Source of the DNA: an uncultured Verrucomicrobiae bacterium
GTDB taxonomy: Bacteria > Verrucomicrobiota > Verrucomicrobiia > Chthoniobacterales > Chthoniobacteraceae
DNA length: 64,000 bases
Assembly (NCBI GenBank): GCA_963769025.1
Contig: CAVYKI010000003.1
Coordinates: 832,001 to 896,000, forward strand
Reading direction: 5' to 3'
Position 1 is the stretch's first letter. Every line of letters starts with the position of its first letter. Both the position numbers and the translations under genes were made by a program. This document shows, piece after piece, positions 50,089-60,645 of this stretch. The notes under the pieces were generated by a model. It ran no database searches and was not told where the DNA came from. It saw nothing but the letters and a program-made list of their open reading frames with translations.

Positions 50089-51453
50089 ATGAAACGTATC
50101 CTCGCCGCACTTGCACTTCTCTGCCTCGCCACCGGCGCCTTCGCGGCTGCGCCGAATTTCGTTTTGATCCTCGTCGATGACCAGGGCTGGAGCGGCACCT
50201 CGGTGCCGATGATTCCCGGCAAGGACTTCAGCCGGACGCCGGGATTCCAGATGCCGAATCTCGACCGGCTCGCCGCGCAGGGGATGGTTTTTTCCCAGAC
50301 GTATGCGGGTCATCCGAAGTGCGAGTGCTCGCGCGCTTCGCTGCAAATGGGCCGCACGACGACGAGCCTCAACGCCATCACGAAACAATCGCGCACTTGG
50401 AATGCGCCGCCCGCCGACTCGCTGGTGAACACACTCAAGCGCGCCAACGCCGGCTATCGCGCCGCGCATTTCGGCAAGTGGCAGTGGCCTACGCCGCCGG
50501 AGAAATTCGGCTACGACCTAAGCGACGGCGTCACCATGAATGAGGACGGCGACACCACCGATCCGAACGATCCGAAGCAATCCTTCGGCATCACCCGGCG
50601 CGCGCAGTCCTTCGTGGAGCAGCAGGTGAAGGACGGGCATCCGTTTTTCCTCCAGCTCTCGTATTACGCCGTGCATCAGCAGCCGCAGGCGCTCGCTTCC
50701 ACGCTGAAGAAATATGAAGGCGCGGGCGCGGGCGGTGGCGGTGGCCGCGGCGGCAAAGGAGGCGGGCCGATCATGGCAGCCATGACCGAGGATCTCGACA
50801 CGTGCATCGGCGTGCTTTTGAAAAAGCTCGAAGCCCTCGGCATCGCGAAGACCACCTACATCATCTACACGTCCGACAATGGCGGGCGTTCCCAGGCACT
50901 GAAGGGCGGCAAGACGGTCTGCGATGAGGGCGGCATCCGCGTCCCGATGATCGTCCACGGTCCCGGCATCCGCGGCGGCACCCATTGCGCCGAGCCTGTC
51001 GTCGGCTACGACATTTTCCCCACGATCCTCGACATCGTCGCGCCGGGCTTCGCGCTGCCGAAAGGCATCGAGGGCGGAAGCTGGAAGCCGGTTCTGACGG
51101 GCGGCGGAACGGGCAAGGTGAAGCGCCCGATCGATCGCATGGTCTGGCATCACGACGTGGAAATCGAACACCCGCAAACCGCGATGCGCAAAGGCGACCT
51201 CAAGCTCATGCACTACTGGGATACGAAGGAGGATTTCCTCTATGACCTCGCCGCCGACCTCGGCGAACGCAACGATCTCGCGAAGGCGAAGCCCGAAGTG
51301 ACCGCGCTGTTGCTTGCCGAACTCAAGGCGCACGTGCGCGCGGGACTCGGCGAACAGAAGTTCGCCGCGCTCGAAGGAGGCAAGTTCGAGGCTGGCGGAG
51401 GCCGCCGTGGCGGCGAGGGCAAAGGCGGCAGGAAGAGGGGCGCCGCACAATGA
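50089..51453 (+). CDS. Sulfatase family protein with atypical CECSR active-site motif
   Basis: PNFVLILVDDQG, PNLDRLA, KCECSRASL, FGKW, TSDNG, EGGIRVP, LYDLAADLGE. Confidence 0.88.
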   Translation: MKRILAALALLCLATGAFAAAPNFVLILVDDQGWSGTSVPMIPGKDFSRTPGFQMPNLDRLAAQGMVFSQTYAGHPKCECSRASLQMGRTTTSLNAITKQSRTWNAPPADSLVNTLKRANAGYRAAHFGKWQWPTPPEKFGYDLSDGVTMNEDGDTTDPNDPKQSFGITRRAQSFVEQQVKDGHPFFLQLSYYAVHQQPQALASTLKKYEGAGAGGGGGRGGKGGGPIMAAMTEDLDTCIGVLLKKLEALGIAKTTYIIYTSDNGGRSQALKGGKTVCDEGGIRVPMIVHGPGIRGGTHCAEPVVGYDIFPTILDIVAPGFALPKGIEGGSWKPVLTGGGTGKVKRPIDRMVWHHDVEIEHPQTAMRKGDLKLMHYWDTKEDFLYDLAADLGERNDLAKAKPEVTALLLAELKAHVRAGLGEQKFAALEGGKFEAGGGRRGGEGKGGRKRGAAQ

Positions 51454-52928
51454 AGACGCCCATGACCACCCTCCATCGCATCGCCGCTTCCGCGCTGATC
51501 TTCGGCGTGGCCCTGATCGCATTTTCCGCGGACGACAAGCCGCGCGGCCCCGGTGGAGGGAAGCGCCCGCAGGACGCACCGCTGGACGACGCGCGCTTCC
51601 TTTTCAAAACCGAAGTGCCCGCGCATCCGCTGGACGTGGTGCTTGGACGGCCGACGACAAACTCCGTGACCGCGAGCGTGCTCGCATATGCGGAACGGGA
51701 GGGAATCATCCAGTATGGCCCGACGGCAGGGAAACCGGTGGCGAAGACCGCGGAGTTCGCGCTGAAGGCCGGCGAGCCTTTGGAAGTCGCGATCACCGGC
51801 TTGCAACCCGACACGCAGTACTTTTACCGGCTGAGCACGCGCGAGAAAAGCGGCGCGTGGACGGGCGAGCCGGAGCACTCGTTCCGCACGGCGCGGCCTC
51901 CGGGCGGCGCGTTCACGTTCACGATGCAGGCAGACCCGCATCTCGATTACAACACCGAGCCACAGCTCTATCTGCGCTGCCTCGCGAACGCGCTCGCGGA
52001 CAAACCGGACTTCATGATCGATCTTGGCGACACGTTCATGACGGACAAGCACCGCACGCGCGGCGGTGCCGCGGCGCAGTATCTCGCGCAGCGCCATTAC
52101 TTCGGCAGCATCGCGCACAGCGCGCCGCTTTTCCTCGTGCTCGGAAACCACGACGGCGAATCGGGCCGCTGGCTTGATGGCACGGCGGACAACCTCGCCG
52201 TGTGGTCGAACGCGCAGCGCAAGCGCTACTTTCCCAATCCGCTGCCCGACACCTTCTACACCGGCAACGTGACGAAAGACGCGCACGCCGGTTTGCTGCA
52301 GGACTATTACGCATGGGAGTGGGGCGATGCACTGTTCGCAGTGCTCGATCCGTTTTGGTTTTCCAAACGCGAGCGCGGCGGCGGCGACAACTGGTCGAGC
52401 ACGCTCGGCCGCGAGCAATACGACTGGCTCGCCGCGACGCTCACGCAGAGCCGCGCGAAGTTCCGCTTCGTGTTCCTGCATCACCTTGTCGGCGGCTTTG
52501 GCAAGGATGCGCGCGGCGGCGCCGAGGCCGCGTCGCTTTTCGAATGGGGCGGGCACGACCCGGACGGAGCTGATGTTTTCAAGACGAAGCGCCCCGGCTG
52601 GCCGATGCCGATCCACGAACTGCTCGTGAAGAACCGGGTGAACGCCGTCTTCCACGGACACGATCACCTGTTCGTGAAGCAGGAACTCGACGGCATCGTG
52701 TATCAGGAGGTCCCGCAGCCCGGCCACCCGCGCTACGACAACACGCGCAGCGCCGTGGAATACGGCTACAAGAGCGGAACGCTGCTCGGCAGCTCCGGCC
52801 ATCTGCGTGTTCGCGTGTCGGGAGAAAAGGCGACCGTGGAGTACGTGCGCGCATTTCTCCCGGCCGACGAGAATGGCGGACGCAGGAATGGGGCGGTTGC
52901 GTTTGCTTACGAAGTCCGGCCGCGGTGA
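51450..52928 (+). CDS. Secreted metallophosphoesterase with purple-acid-phosphatase-type N-terminal domain
   Basis: GLQPDTQYFYR, ADPH, DLGD, GNHD, FLHH, FHGHDH. Confidence 0.88.
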   Translation: MKTPMTTLHRIAASALIFGVALIAFSADDKPRGPGGGKRPQDAPLDDARFLFKTEVPAHPLDVVLGRPTTNSVTASVLAYAEREGIIQYGPTAGKPVAKTAEFALKAGEPLEVAITGLQPDTQYFYRLSTREKSGAWTGEPEHSFRTARPPGGAFTFTMQADPHLDYNTEPQLYLRCLANALADKPDFMIDLGDTFMTDKHRTRGGAAAQYLAQRHYFGSIAHSAPLFLVLGNHDGESGRWLDGTADNLAVWSNAQRKRYFPNPLPDTFYTGNVTKDAHAGLLQDYYAWEWGDALFAVLDPFWFSKRERGGGDNWSSTLGREQYDWLAATLTQSRAKFRFVFLHHLVGGFGKDARGGAEAASLFEWGGHDPDGADVFKTKRPGWPMPIHELLVKNRVNAVFHGHDHLFVKQELDGIVYQEVPQPGHPRYDNTRSAVEYGYKSGTLLGSSGHLRVRVSGEKATVEYVRAFLPADENGGRRNGAVAFAYEVRPR

Positions 52929-52964
52929 TCGTTCGGAGTCCTCTGGCAGCCCGCTTCCGTTCGT

Positions 52965-53726
52965 TTATCCAAGGAACGCCTGCCACGCGAGCCGCAGCGC
53001 GAGCGCGAGTGCCACGGTGATGAACAGCGGCTTGATGACCCGCGCGCCGTGCGTGATGACCAGTCCGCTGCCGAGCCGCGCGCCTACGAGTTGCCCGACG
53101 ATCATCGCTGCGCCGACGTCGAAGCGCAGGCACCTGGAAAATGCGAATGCAGCGAGCGCGGCGAGGTTGCTCATGAGGTTCAGCGCCTTCGTCGTGCCGG
53201 TCGCGGTGCGGAGATTTTGCCCGAGTGTGAGCACGCACGCGAGCATCCAGAACGAGCCCACGCCCGGACCGAAGAAACCGTCGTAGAATCCGAGCAGCGT
53301 CCCGAACAGCAGTGCGAACGCGACCCTTCCGAGCCGTGCCGGACGCGGAGTGTCGCCGAGTCCCGGATTGAGCGCTGTGTAAATCGCAACGGCCACCAGC
53401 AGAGCCGGCACCACGCGGCGAAGGATCGCCGGGTCCATCACGGCTGCGGAACACGCACCGGCAGCGGATGCGGCAAAAGTGATCCCCGCAGCGAGCCGAA
53501 GCCCGCGCCATTGGATGAGTCCTGCCCGCATGTAGCGCGCGACCGCCAGCAGCGTCCCACACGTGGACTGAAGCTTGTTCGTCCCGAGCGCGATTTGCGG
53601 AGGGAGTCCCGCCCACACGAGCGCCGGCACGGAGATCAATCCACCACCTCCCGCGATGGCATCGATGAACCCTGCCGCCGCACCGGCGACGGAGAGCAGG
53701 AGGTAATGCCACCATTCGAGAGTCAC
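52965..53726 (-). CDS. TSUP (TauE/SafE) family transporter, YfcA-like
   Basis: GFIDAIAGGGGLI, ALGTNKLQ, GFYDGFFGPG. Confidence 0.92.
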   Translation of the reverse strand: MTLEWWHYLLLSVAGAAAGFIDAIAGGGGLISVPALVWAGLPPQIALGTNKLQSTCGTLLAVARYMRAGLIQWRGLRLAAGITFAASAAGACSAAVMDPAILRRVVPALLVAVAIYTALNPGLGDTPRPARLGRVAFALLFGTLLGFYDGFFGPGVGSFWMLACVLTLGQNLRTATGTTKALNLMSNLAALAAFAFSRCLRFDVGAAMIVGQLVGARLGSGLVITHGARVIKPLFITVALALALRLAWQAFLG

Positions 53727-53788
53727 GCACGCAGTCTTACGGCGGGCGGCGCGTGACTGGCACGCACCGATGTGCTAACGGATCTCCC

Positions 53789-55222
53789 GTGCAACTCCTC
53801 CAACAGCGCTGCCTCGAAGTCACCCGCCGCCATTTCCTGCGGGACTGCGGCGTGGGTCTCGGAAAGATCGCGCTCGCCGGCCTGCTCACGGATTCACTCG
53901 CGCGGGGAGCGTCGGTCCCGGCGGATTCGCTCGCGCCGCGCCAGCCGCATTTCAAGGGGAAGGCAAAGCGCGTCATCCATCTCTTCATGGCGGGCGCGCC
54001 GTCGCAGCTGGAGCTGTTCGACTACAAGCCCGAACTCGCGAAGCTCGAGGGCAAGCCGCTTCCGCCATCGGTGATCGGCGGCCAGCGCTACGCATTCATC
54101 CGGCCGGATGCGGCGGTGCTCGGCCCGTGCTACAAATTTGCGCGTCACGGAAAATCCGGCGCCGAGCTGGGCGAGACACTCCCTCATCTCGCGAAGGTGG
54201 CGGACGAAATCTGCCTCGTGAAATCGGTGAGCACCGACCAGTTCAACCACGCGCCCGCGCAGCTTTTCTTCAACAGCGGCTTTTCCCAGCCGGGGCGTCC
54301 ATGCCTCGGCTCGTGGGTGCTCTACGGTCTTGGCGCGGAGACGCAGGAGCTGCCGGCATTCGTCGTGATGAGCACCGGCAGCGGGCTGAGCGGCGGCTCG
54401 GCGCTGTGGTCGAGCGGATTCCTGCCGACCGTCTATACCGGCACGCGCTTCCGCAATCAGGGCGATCCGATTTTGAACCTCGGCAATCCCGACGGCGTGG
54501 ACGCGAGGCTCCAGCGCGACACGATCGATCTCATCCGCGCGCTGAACGAACGGCAGCTCGCGCAGGTCGGCGATCCGGAAATCGCGACACGCATCGCGAA
54601 TTACGAGATGGCATTCCGTCTCCAGACGAGCGCGCCGGAACTGATGGATCTGCGCAATGAGAGCAAGGAGACGCTCGAACTTTACGGCTGCGATCCCACC
54701 AAGGCGTCGTTCGCCCGAGCGTGCCTGCTCGCGCGGCGTATGATCGAGCGCGGCGTGCGTTTTGTGAACATCTACCATGAGGGATGGGATGCGCACAGCG
54801 ACGTGGCCGGCAACGTGAAGAACAACTGCGCGAAGACCGACCAGGCCAGCGCCGCGCTCGTGATGGACCTCAAGCGCCGCGGGCTGCTCGATGACACGCT
54901 GGTGATCTGGGGCGGCGAATTCGGCCGCACCCCGATGGTCGAGACGAATCCCTCGCTCGGCCGTGCGCTCGGCCGCGACCATCACCCGCAGGCGTTCACG
55001 ATGTGGATGGCCGGCGGCGGCATCCGCCCCGGCATGAGCTACGGCGCGACGGACGACCTCGGCTTTCACGTCGTGGAAAATCCCGTCCACGTCCACGACG
55101 TGCAGGCGACGATCCTGCACACGCTCGGCTTCGACCACGAGCGGCTCACGTATCACCACGCCGGCCGCGACTTCCGCCTCACGGACGTGCATGGGAAGGT
55201 GGTGAAGGCGATCCTCGCCTGA
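53789..55222 (+). CDS. DUF1501 domain protein (Tat-exported)
   Basis: [56 protein letters not shown]. Confidence 0.93.
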   Translation: MQLLQQRCLEVTRRHFLRDCGVGLGKIALAGLLTDSLARGASVPADSLAPRQPHFKGKAKRVIHLFMAGAPSQLELFDYKPELAKLEGKPLPPSVIGGQRYAFIRPDAAVLGPCYKFARHGKSGAELGETLPHLAKVADEICLVKSVSTDQFNHAPAQLFFNSGFSQPGRPCLGSWVLYGLGAETQELPAFVVMSTGSGLSGGSALWSSGFLPTVYTGTRFRNQGDPILNLGNPDGVDARLQRDTIDLIRALNERQLAQVGDPEIATRIANYEMAFRLQTSAPELMDLRNESKETLELYGCDPTKASFARACLLARRMIERGVRFVNIYHEGWDAHSDVAGNVKNNCAKTDQASAALVMDLKRRGLLDDTLVIWGGEFGRTPMVETNPSLGRALGRDHHPQAFTMWMAGGGIRPGMSYGATDDLGFHVVENPVHVHDVQATILHTLGFDHERLTYHHAGRDFRLTDVHGKVVKAILA

Positions 55223-55274
55223 GCGGATCACGCGCGGTCTTGCCTGCGCACCTGCGCTTGCCATAAGCGAGGGC

Positions 55275-56216
55275 ATGACAAAACGCATCGCACTCCTTTT
55301 CGCCGGGCAGGGCGCCCAAGCCGTGGGCATGGGCCGGGATCTCGCCGCGCAGTATCCCGCAGCGGGCGAGCTTTTCCGCGAGGCGGATGCGATCCTCGGC
55401 CGTTCGCTCAGCGGCATCGCCTTTTCCGGGCCGGACTCGGAACTCGTAAAAACGGCAAATTGCCAGCCCGCGCTGTTTGTCCACGGCCTCGCCTGCCTCG
55501 CCGCGTTGCGCTCTGAAATCAGCGAGCTGCCGGTGCACATCGCGGCGGGACTTTCCCTTGGCGAATTCACCGCGCACGCCGCGGCGGGGACGTTCGCATT
55601 TGCCGACGGTCTCCAGCTCGTCGCCGAGCGCGGACGGCTGATGCAGGAAGCCTGCGAACGCACGACCGGTGCGATGGCGGCGCTCATCGGCGGCGACGAA
55701 TCCATCGTGCGCCAGATCGCCGCGGAGTTCGGCGTGGACGTGGCAAATTTCAACAGCCCCGGCCAGATCGTGCTCTCGGGCGAGGATGCGAAGATTGATG
55801 CGTTGCTGGAAGTCGTGCGCGACCGCGGGATCCGCAAGGCCGCAAAGCTGAACGTCGCCGGCGCGTATCACTCGCGCCTCATGCAGAGCGCCGCCGACGC
55901 ACTCGCGCCGAAGCTCGTCTCGACGCCGATGCAACCGCCAAGATTTCCCGTCGTCGCGAATGTCTCCGCGCGCCCCGTCAGCGATCCCGCCGAGCTCCGC
56001 GCCGCGCTTTCCGCGCAGGTCACCGGCTCCGTGCGATGGACCGAGACGATCGAGTTCCTCGTGGATGTCGAGAAGGTGGAGCTTTTCCTCGAGCTCGGTC
56101 CCGGCGGCGTGCTCGCAGGACTCGTGAAGCGCACCCGCAAGGACACGCCCGTGCTCAGCATCACCGATTCCGCCTCCCTCGCCGCCGCGGTCGCCGCGTT
56201 GCGCGGGCCGGCCTAA
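55275..56216 (+). CDS. fabD: Malonyl-CoA:ACP transacylase
   Basis: LFAGQGAQ, QPAL, GLSLGE, NFNSPGQ, VAGAYHS.LM, ELGPG. Confidence 0.95.
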   Translation: MTKRIALLFAGQGAQAVGMGRDLAAQYPAAGELFREADAILGRSLSGIAFSGPDSELVKTANCQPALFVHGLACLAALRSEISELPVHIAAGLSLGEFTAHAAAGTFAFADGLQLVAERGRLMQEACERTTGAMAALIGGDESIVRQIAAEFGVDVANFNSPGQIVLSGEDAKIDALLEVVRDRGIRKAAKLNVAGAYHSRLMQSAADALAPKLVSTPMQPPRFPVVANVSARPVSDPAELRAALSAQVTGSVRWTETIEFLVDVEKVELFLELGPGGVLAGLVKRTRKDTPVLSITDSASLAAAVAALRGPA

Positions 56217-57208
56217 CGCGCCGCCGCCTTCCCCGCCTCAACGACGTGGACGGTGATGCCGAAGAGCTTCCACTTCGACGCCTCGCGCACGTATTCGAGC
56301 TTGAAATCAAGCTTCCGCGGACTGCCCGGGATGCTGGCCTGAAACACGGTCGCATCGAACGTGCCGTTCATGCTCAGGACGCCGTCGGAATTCACACGCG
56401 CCGGCTCGGAGAGAATCATCTTCGTCCCCTTGATGGGCGAGAGATCGACCTTCGCATCGACGGCCGCTGCGAAAGCGTTGCGAAACGCCGCGGCCGTGAC
56501 GCGGTTTTCGTCGTTGAACGGATCCTTGATCGCCACACGCGATGCCGTGGACCCGCCGTACGTCACGTCGAGCGGATCCCGTCCGCGAAATTTCCATCGG
56601 TCCGACGCCGACGCGTACAGCGCGGTGAAGTCGCCGCCGTTCTGGATGGCTTCGTTGAAGAGGAGCAGCGTCTCTTCCGCGAGTTGCCGGAGCTGCGGCT
56701 CGGCGGGGACATCGAGGGCGCTCGGCTCCAGGATCTCCACCGACCTGGCTCCGAGCGTGTCGCGCGAACGCGCCGCGACGGCGAAGACATCCTCCCCGGC
56801 ACCGCCTCCCGCTCCGGTGTCCGAGCGCGCCTCCATCAGCCGCCACCTGCCATCCTCCATCGTGAAAACGAAATTGAGCGGGAGCTTGCCGCCGTCCTTG
56901 AGGGTGAAAATCCCGCGCACCGTGGCGAGTCTGCCGTGGCGCTCGGGCTCGCCCCATTCCGCACCGCTCGATTCGGACAGGCCCAGATCGCGCACGCGCG
57001 CCTCGAAGTAGTTCGCCGAGCGCGTGAACCGGAAGGCCGGCGAAGCCTCCTGATAAGCCTCGGCAAATCGCTGCTCGGAAAACATCCGCCCCATCTCCTC
57101 GGCGGCATCACGGGCCGTCCTGCTCCGGTCCTCGCAGCCGCAGAGCGCTGCGGCGAAAATCAGCGCCAGCGTGCTGAGGAATCGGTTCGGGAAAATCTGG
57201 TGCTGCAT
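56213..57208 (-). CDS. Hypothetical lipoprotein with two NTF2-like (DUF4864-like) domains
   Basis: Lipobox ALCG|C; two domains each with AY..AS..F and terminal E.g.WrL motifs. Confidence 0.65.
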   Translation of the reverse strand: MQHQIFPNRFLSTLALIFAAALCGCEDRSRTARDAAEEMGRMFSEQRFAEAYQEASPAFRFTRSANYFEARVRDLGLSESSGAEWGEPERHGRLATVRGIFTLKDGGKLPLNFVFTMEDGRWRLMEARSDTGAGGGAGEDVFAVAARSRDTLGARSVEILEPSALDVPAEPQLRQLAEETLLLFNEAIQNGGDFTALYASASDRWKFRGRDPLDVTYGGSTASRVAIKDPFNDENRVTAAAFRNAFAAAVDAKVDLSPIKGTKMILSEPARVNSDGVLSMNGTFDATVFQASIPGSPRKLDFKLEYVREASKWKLFGITVHVVEAGKAAAR

Positions 57209-57230
57209 CGGGGGCAAACTCACGCGGTCT

Positions 57231-58169
57231 CTACCGGCTCCATTCCAGCATCCGCCGCAGCGGCAACTCGGCCCGCGCACGGACCGGCTCGGGGAGGACG
57301 ATTTGCGGCTGCAGGTTCAGCAGGCATGCGTGGAGTTTTTCGAGGGTGTTCATCTTCATGTAGCGGCAGTCTGCGCACGCGCAGTGGTCGGTCGGTCCGG
57401 CGATGAAGTGCTTGCCCGGAATCTCCCGCCGCAGCCGGTGCAACATCCCGCTCTCGGTGACGATGACAAACGCCTGCGAGGGATGCTGCTTGCAGAAGGA
57501 AATCATCTTTTCCGTCGAGCAAACCTCGTCCGCCAGCAGCCTCACCGCGCGTGTGCATTCCGGGTGCGCGACGACCGGCGCGTCGGGCCACTCGGACTTG
57601 ATGCGGTCGATGGATTTCCGCGTGAACTCGACGTGGACGTAGCAGTTCCCCTTCCACAGATCCATGTGCCGTCCGGTGTGCTCCATCACCCACTGGCCGA
57701 GGTTTTCGTCCGGGACGAAGAGGATGTTCCGATCCTTCGGCACGCGTTCGACGATCTTCGCGGCGTTGCCGCTCGTGCAGATCACGTCGCTGAGCGCCTT
57801 CACCCCCGCGGAGCAATTGATGTAGGCCACGACGTAGTAATTCTTGTCCGCGTGCGCCTTCAGGTGCGCCTCGAGCTTGTCCGCCGGACACGAGTCGCTC
57901 AGCGAGCAGCCGGCATCCACATCCGGAAGCACCACGGTCTTCGTCGGATTCACAATCTTCGCCGTCTCCGCCATGAAATGGACGCCGCAGAATGCGATCA
58001 CCTCGGCTTTCGTCTCCGCCGCCTTGTACGCCAGCCCAAGCGAATCGCCGACAAAATCCGCCAGCTCCTGGATTTCCTTCACCTGGTAGTTGTGCGCCAA
58101 AATGACGGCGTTGCGCTCGCGTTTGAGCGCTTGGATTTCACTGACGAGATCGAGACCGGCGACTGGCAT
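57231..58169 (-). CDS. nadA: Quinolinate synthase A
   Basis: ILAHNYQ, FCGVHFMAETAK, AGCSL, AHPEC, C.YMKMNTL. Confidence 0.96.
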   Translation of the reverse strand: MPVAGLDLVSEIQALKRERNAVILAHNYQVKEIQELADFVGDSLGLAYKAAETKAEVIAFCGVHFMAETAKIVNPTKTVVLPDVDAGCSLSDSCPADKLEAHLKAHADKNYYVVAYINCSAGVKALSDVICTSGNAAKIVERVPKDRNILFVPDENLGQWVMEHTGRHMDLWKGNCYVHVEFTRKSIDRIKSEWPDAPVVAHPECTRAVRLLADEVCSTEKMISFCKQHPSQAFVIVTESGMLHRLRREIPGKHFIAGPTDHCACADCRYMKMNTLEKLHACLLNLQPQIVLPEPVRARAELPLRRMLEWSR

Positions 58170-58251
58170 GCCAGAATCTACGTCCGGGATCCCCGCGGCT
58201 CAAGGCCCGGTTGTCGCCGGCGCTTCCGTGCGCGCTTCAGCAGGACTCGGC

Positions 58252-59124
58252 TCACGCCCCGATGGGGTGCCAGGTCGTCTTGAATTCGATGAGCTCGCGA
58301 ATCTCGTAAAGGCCCTGCGCGTCGTCGGCGAACCAATCGACGGACTCCTCGGCTTTGTGAAGGCGCACACGCTTCACGCTTTCTGCCGCACCGAGCTTGA
58401 GCCGCTCGCGATCCGCTGCGTTCGCCAGACCGCTGATCGCGCGGATGTGTTCGTGCGTGGCGAAGGTGGGAATCAGTTCGCTGCGCAGTCCGGTGAGCAG
58501 GTTCACGACACCGCCCGGCAGATCGCTGGTCGCGAGCATCTCGCCGAGCAGAATCGCCGGATACGGCTGCGCCTGCGAAGCGAGCGCGACGACCATATTC
58601 CCACTCGTGATCGCGGGCGCGAAGAGCGAGACGAGCGCGAGCAACGGCGCTTCGTCCGGCGCGATGACGCCGACGATGCCCATCGGCTCGGTGACGGTGA
58701 AATTGAAATGCGGCGAAGCGACCGGGTTCACGTTGCCGAGCAGCTGCTCATACTTGTCCGCCCAGCCCGCGTAGTGGATGAGCCGGTCGATGCTCGCCGT
58801 CGACTTCCCTCGCGGCGTCGGCTTCGCTCGCGCCGCCGAGCGCGATCGCCTCGCGCCATTTCCGCGCTGCGCGCCTCGATCATCTCGCCGAGCCGGTAAA
58901 GGATCTGCCCGCGGTTGTAGGCCGTGCGTTTCGCCCAGCCCGGCCCGGCCTTCGCCGCGGCCTCGACGGCATTGCGCAGATCCTTGCGCGTGCATTGCGG
59001 GATGTTCGCGAAGAAATTCCCGTGTGCGTCGTGCAGCGCGAAAGACGCGCCCACTTTCCGAGCGGATGAACGCGCCGCCGACATAAACCTTCGGGGTCTT
59101 GGTGATGGGGAGTCGTGCGGCCAT
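58252..59124 (-). CDS. Short aldehyde dehydrogenase family protein (internal frameshifts)
   Basis: KVYVGGAFIRSESGR, W...TAYNRGQILYR, YAGWADK, EPMGIVG, KTTWHPIGA. Confidence 0.85.
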   Translation of the reverse strand: MAARLPITKTPKVYVGGAFIRSESGRVFRAARRTREFLREHPAMHAQGSAQCRRGRGEGRAGLGETHGLQPRADPLPARRDDRGAQRGNGARRSRSAARAKPTPRGKSTASIDRLIHYAGWADKYEQLLGNVNPVASPHFNFTVTEPMGIVGVIAPDEAPLLALVSLFAPAITSGNMVVALASQAQPYPAILLGEMLATSDLPGGVVNLLTGLRSELIPTFATHEHIRAISGLANAADRERLKLGAAESVKRVRLHKAEESVDWFADDAQGLYEIRELIEFKTTWHPIGA

Positions 59125-59130
59125 GGTGGG

Positions 59131-60640
59131 TCAGACGAGTTTGCAGTAATCGAGCAGCCCCTGCCGGCCGCCTTCGCGCCCGAAGCCGCTTTCCTTGTAG
59201 CCGCCGAACGGCGACGTCGGATCGAATTTGTTGAAGGTGTTCGCCCACACGACGCCGGCCTTCAGCTCGGTGCTCATCTTCAGAATGCGCGAGCCCTTGT
59301 CCGTCCACACGCCGGCGCTCAGGCCGTAGGCCGTGTTGTTCGCCTTCTCGATCGCCTCCTCGACGGTGCGGAAGGTGAGGATGCTGAGCACCGGGCCGAA
59401 GATTTCCTCGCGCGCGATGCGATGGCTCTGCGTGACGTTCGAGAACACGTCGGCCGGAAATAGAATCCCTTCGTCGGCAGCCGGCACGGCGGGCTGGAAA
59501 ATTTCCGCGCCTTCCTTCACGCCGCTCTCCACGAGCTCGCGTGATCCGGTCGAGCTGCTCCTTCGAGTTGATCGCGCCGACGTCCGTGTTCTTGTCCAGC
59601 GGATCGCCGACGCGCAGCACCTGGATGCGGCTCTTCAGCTTCGCGAGCACCGTCTCGGCGACGCGTCTCCTGCACGAGCAGCCGCGAGCCCGCGCAGCAG
59701 ACATGGCCCTGGTTGAAGAAGATGCCGTTCACGATGCCCTCGACCGCCTGGTCGAGCGGCGCGTCGTCGAAGACGATGTTCGCGGCCTTGCCGCCGAGTT
59801 CCATCGTCATCTTTTTGTCCGTGCCCGCGAGCGAGCGCATGATGATCTTGCCCACCTCCGTCGAGCCGGTGAACGCGACCTTCGCGGCCAGCGGATGCGT
59901 CATCACCGCCGCGCCGGTCTCACCTGCGCCCGTCGACGAAATTCACCACGCCCGGCGGCAGTCCGGCATCCTGCAGAATCTCCGCCAAACTTCAGCGCCG
60001 TGATCGCTCGTGGTCTCGGCAGGCTTGAGCACGACGCGTGTTCCCCATCGCCAGCGCCGGCGCGATTTTCCACGCGAGCATGAGCAGCGGGAAATTCCAC
60101 GGGATCACCTGCCCGACCACGCCGAGCGGCGCGACGCGGCGACCCGGCGCGACGTAGTCGAGTTTGTCCGCCCAGCCGGCGTGATAGAAGAAATGCGCCG
60201 CCGCCATCGGCACGTCGAAGTCGCGCGATTCCTTGATCGGCTTGCCGCCGTCCATCGTCTCCGCCACGGCAAATTCCCGCGCGCGATCCTGCAGCAGCCG
60301 CGCGATGCGGAAGAGATATTTGCCCCGCTCGCGGCCCGGCATCTTGCCCCACGCGCTGTCGAACGCCTGCTGCGCCGCCTGAAACGCGGCATCCACATCC
60401 GCCGCGCCCGCGAGCGCGATGTCCGCGAGCTTCTGTCTCGTTCGCCGGGATTGATCGGAGTCGAAATACTTCCCGCTCTTCGGCGCGACGAACTTCCCGT
60501 CGATGAACAGGTCGTAGCGCGTCTTCAGCTTCGGATCCGCCGTCTCGGGCGCGGGATCGAATTCCCACAGATCGCCGAAGATGAGTTCGCGCGCAGACTG
60601 GCGGCGGGCGGCTGGTCGTTTGCGGGGCGGCTTTGGGCAT
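59131..60640 (-). CDS. Aldehyde dehydrogenase (several frameshifts)
   Basis: [48 protein letters not shown]. Confidence 0.9.
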
Positions 60641-60645
60641 GGCGT

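Noticed and set aside
55540..55570. FabD GLSLG instead of GHSLG as an inactive variant
   Set aside because: The catalytic Ser and downstream His are retained, and GLSLG is a known natural variant.
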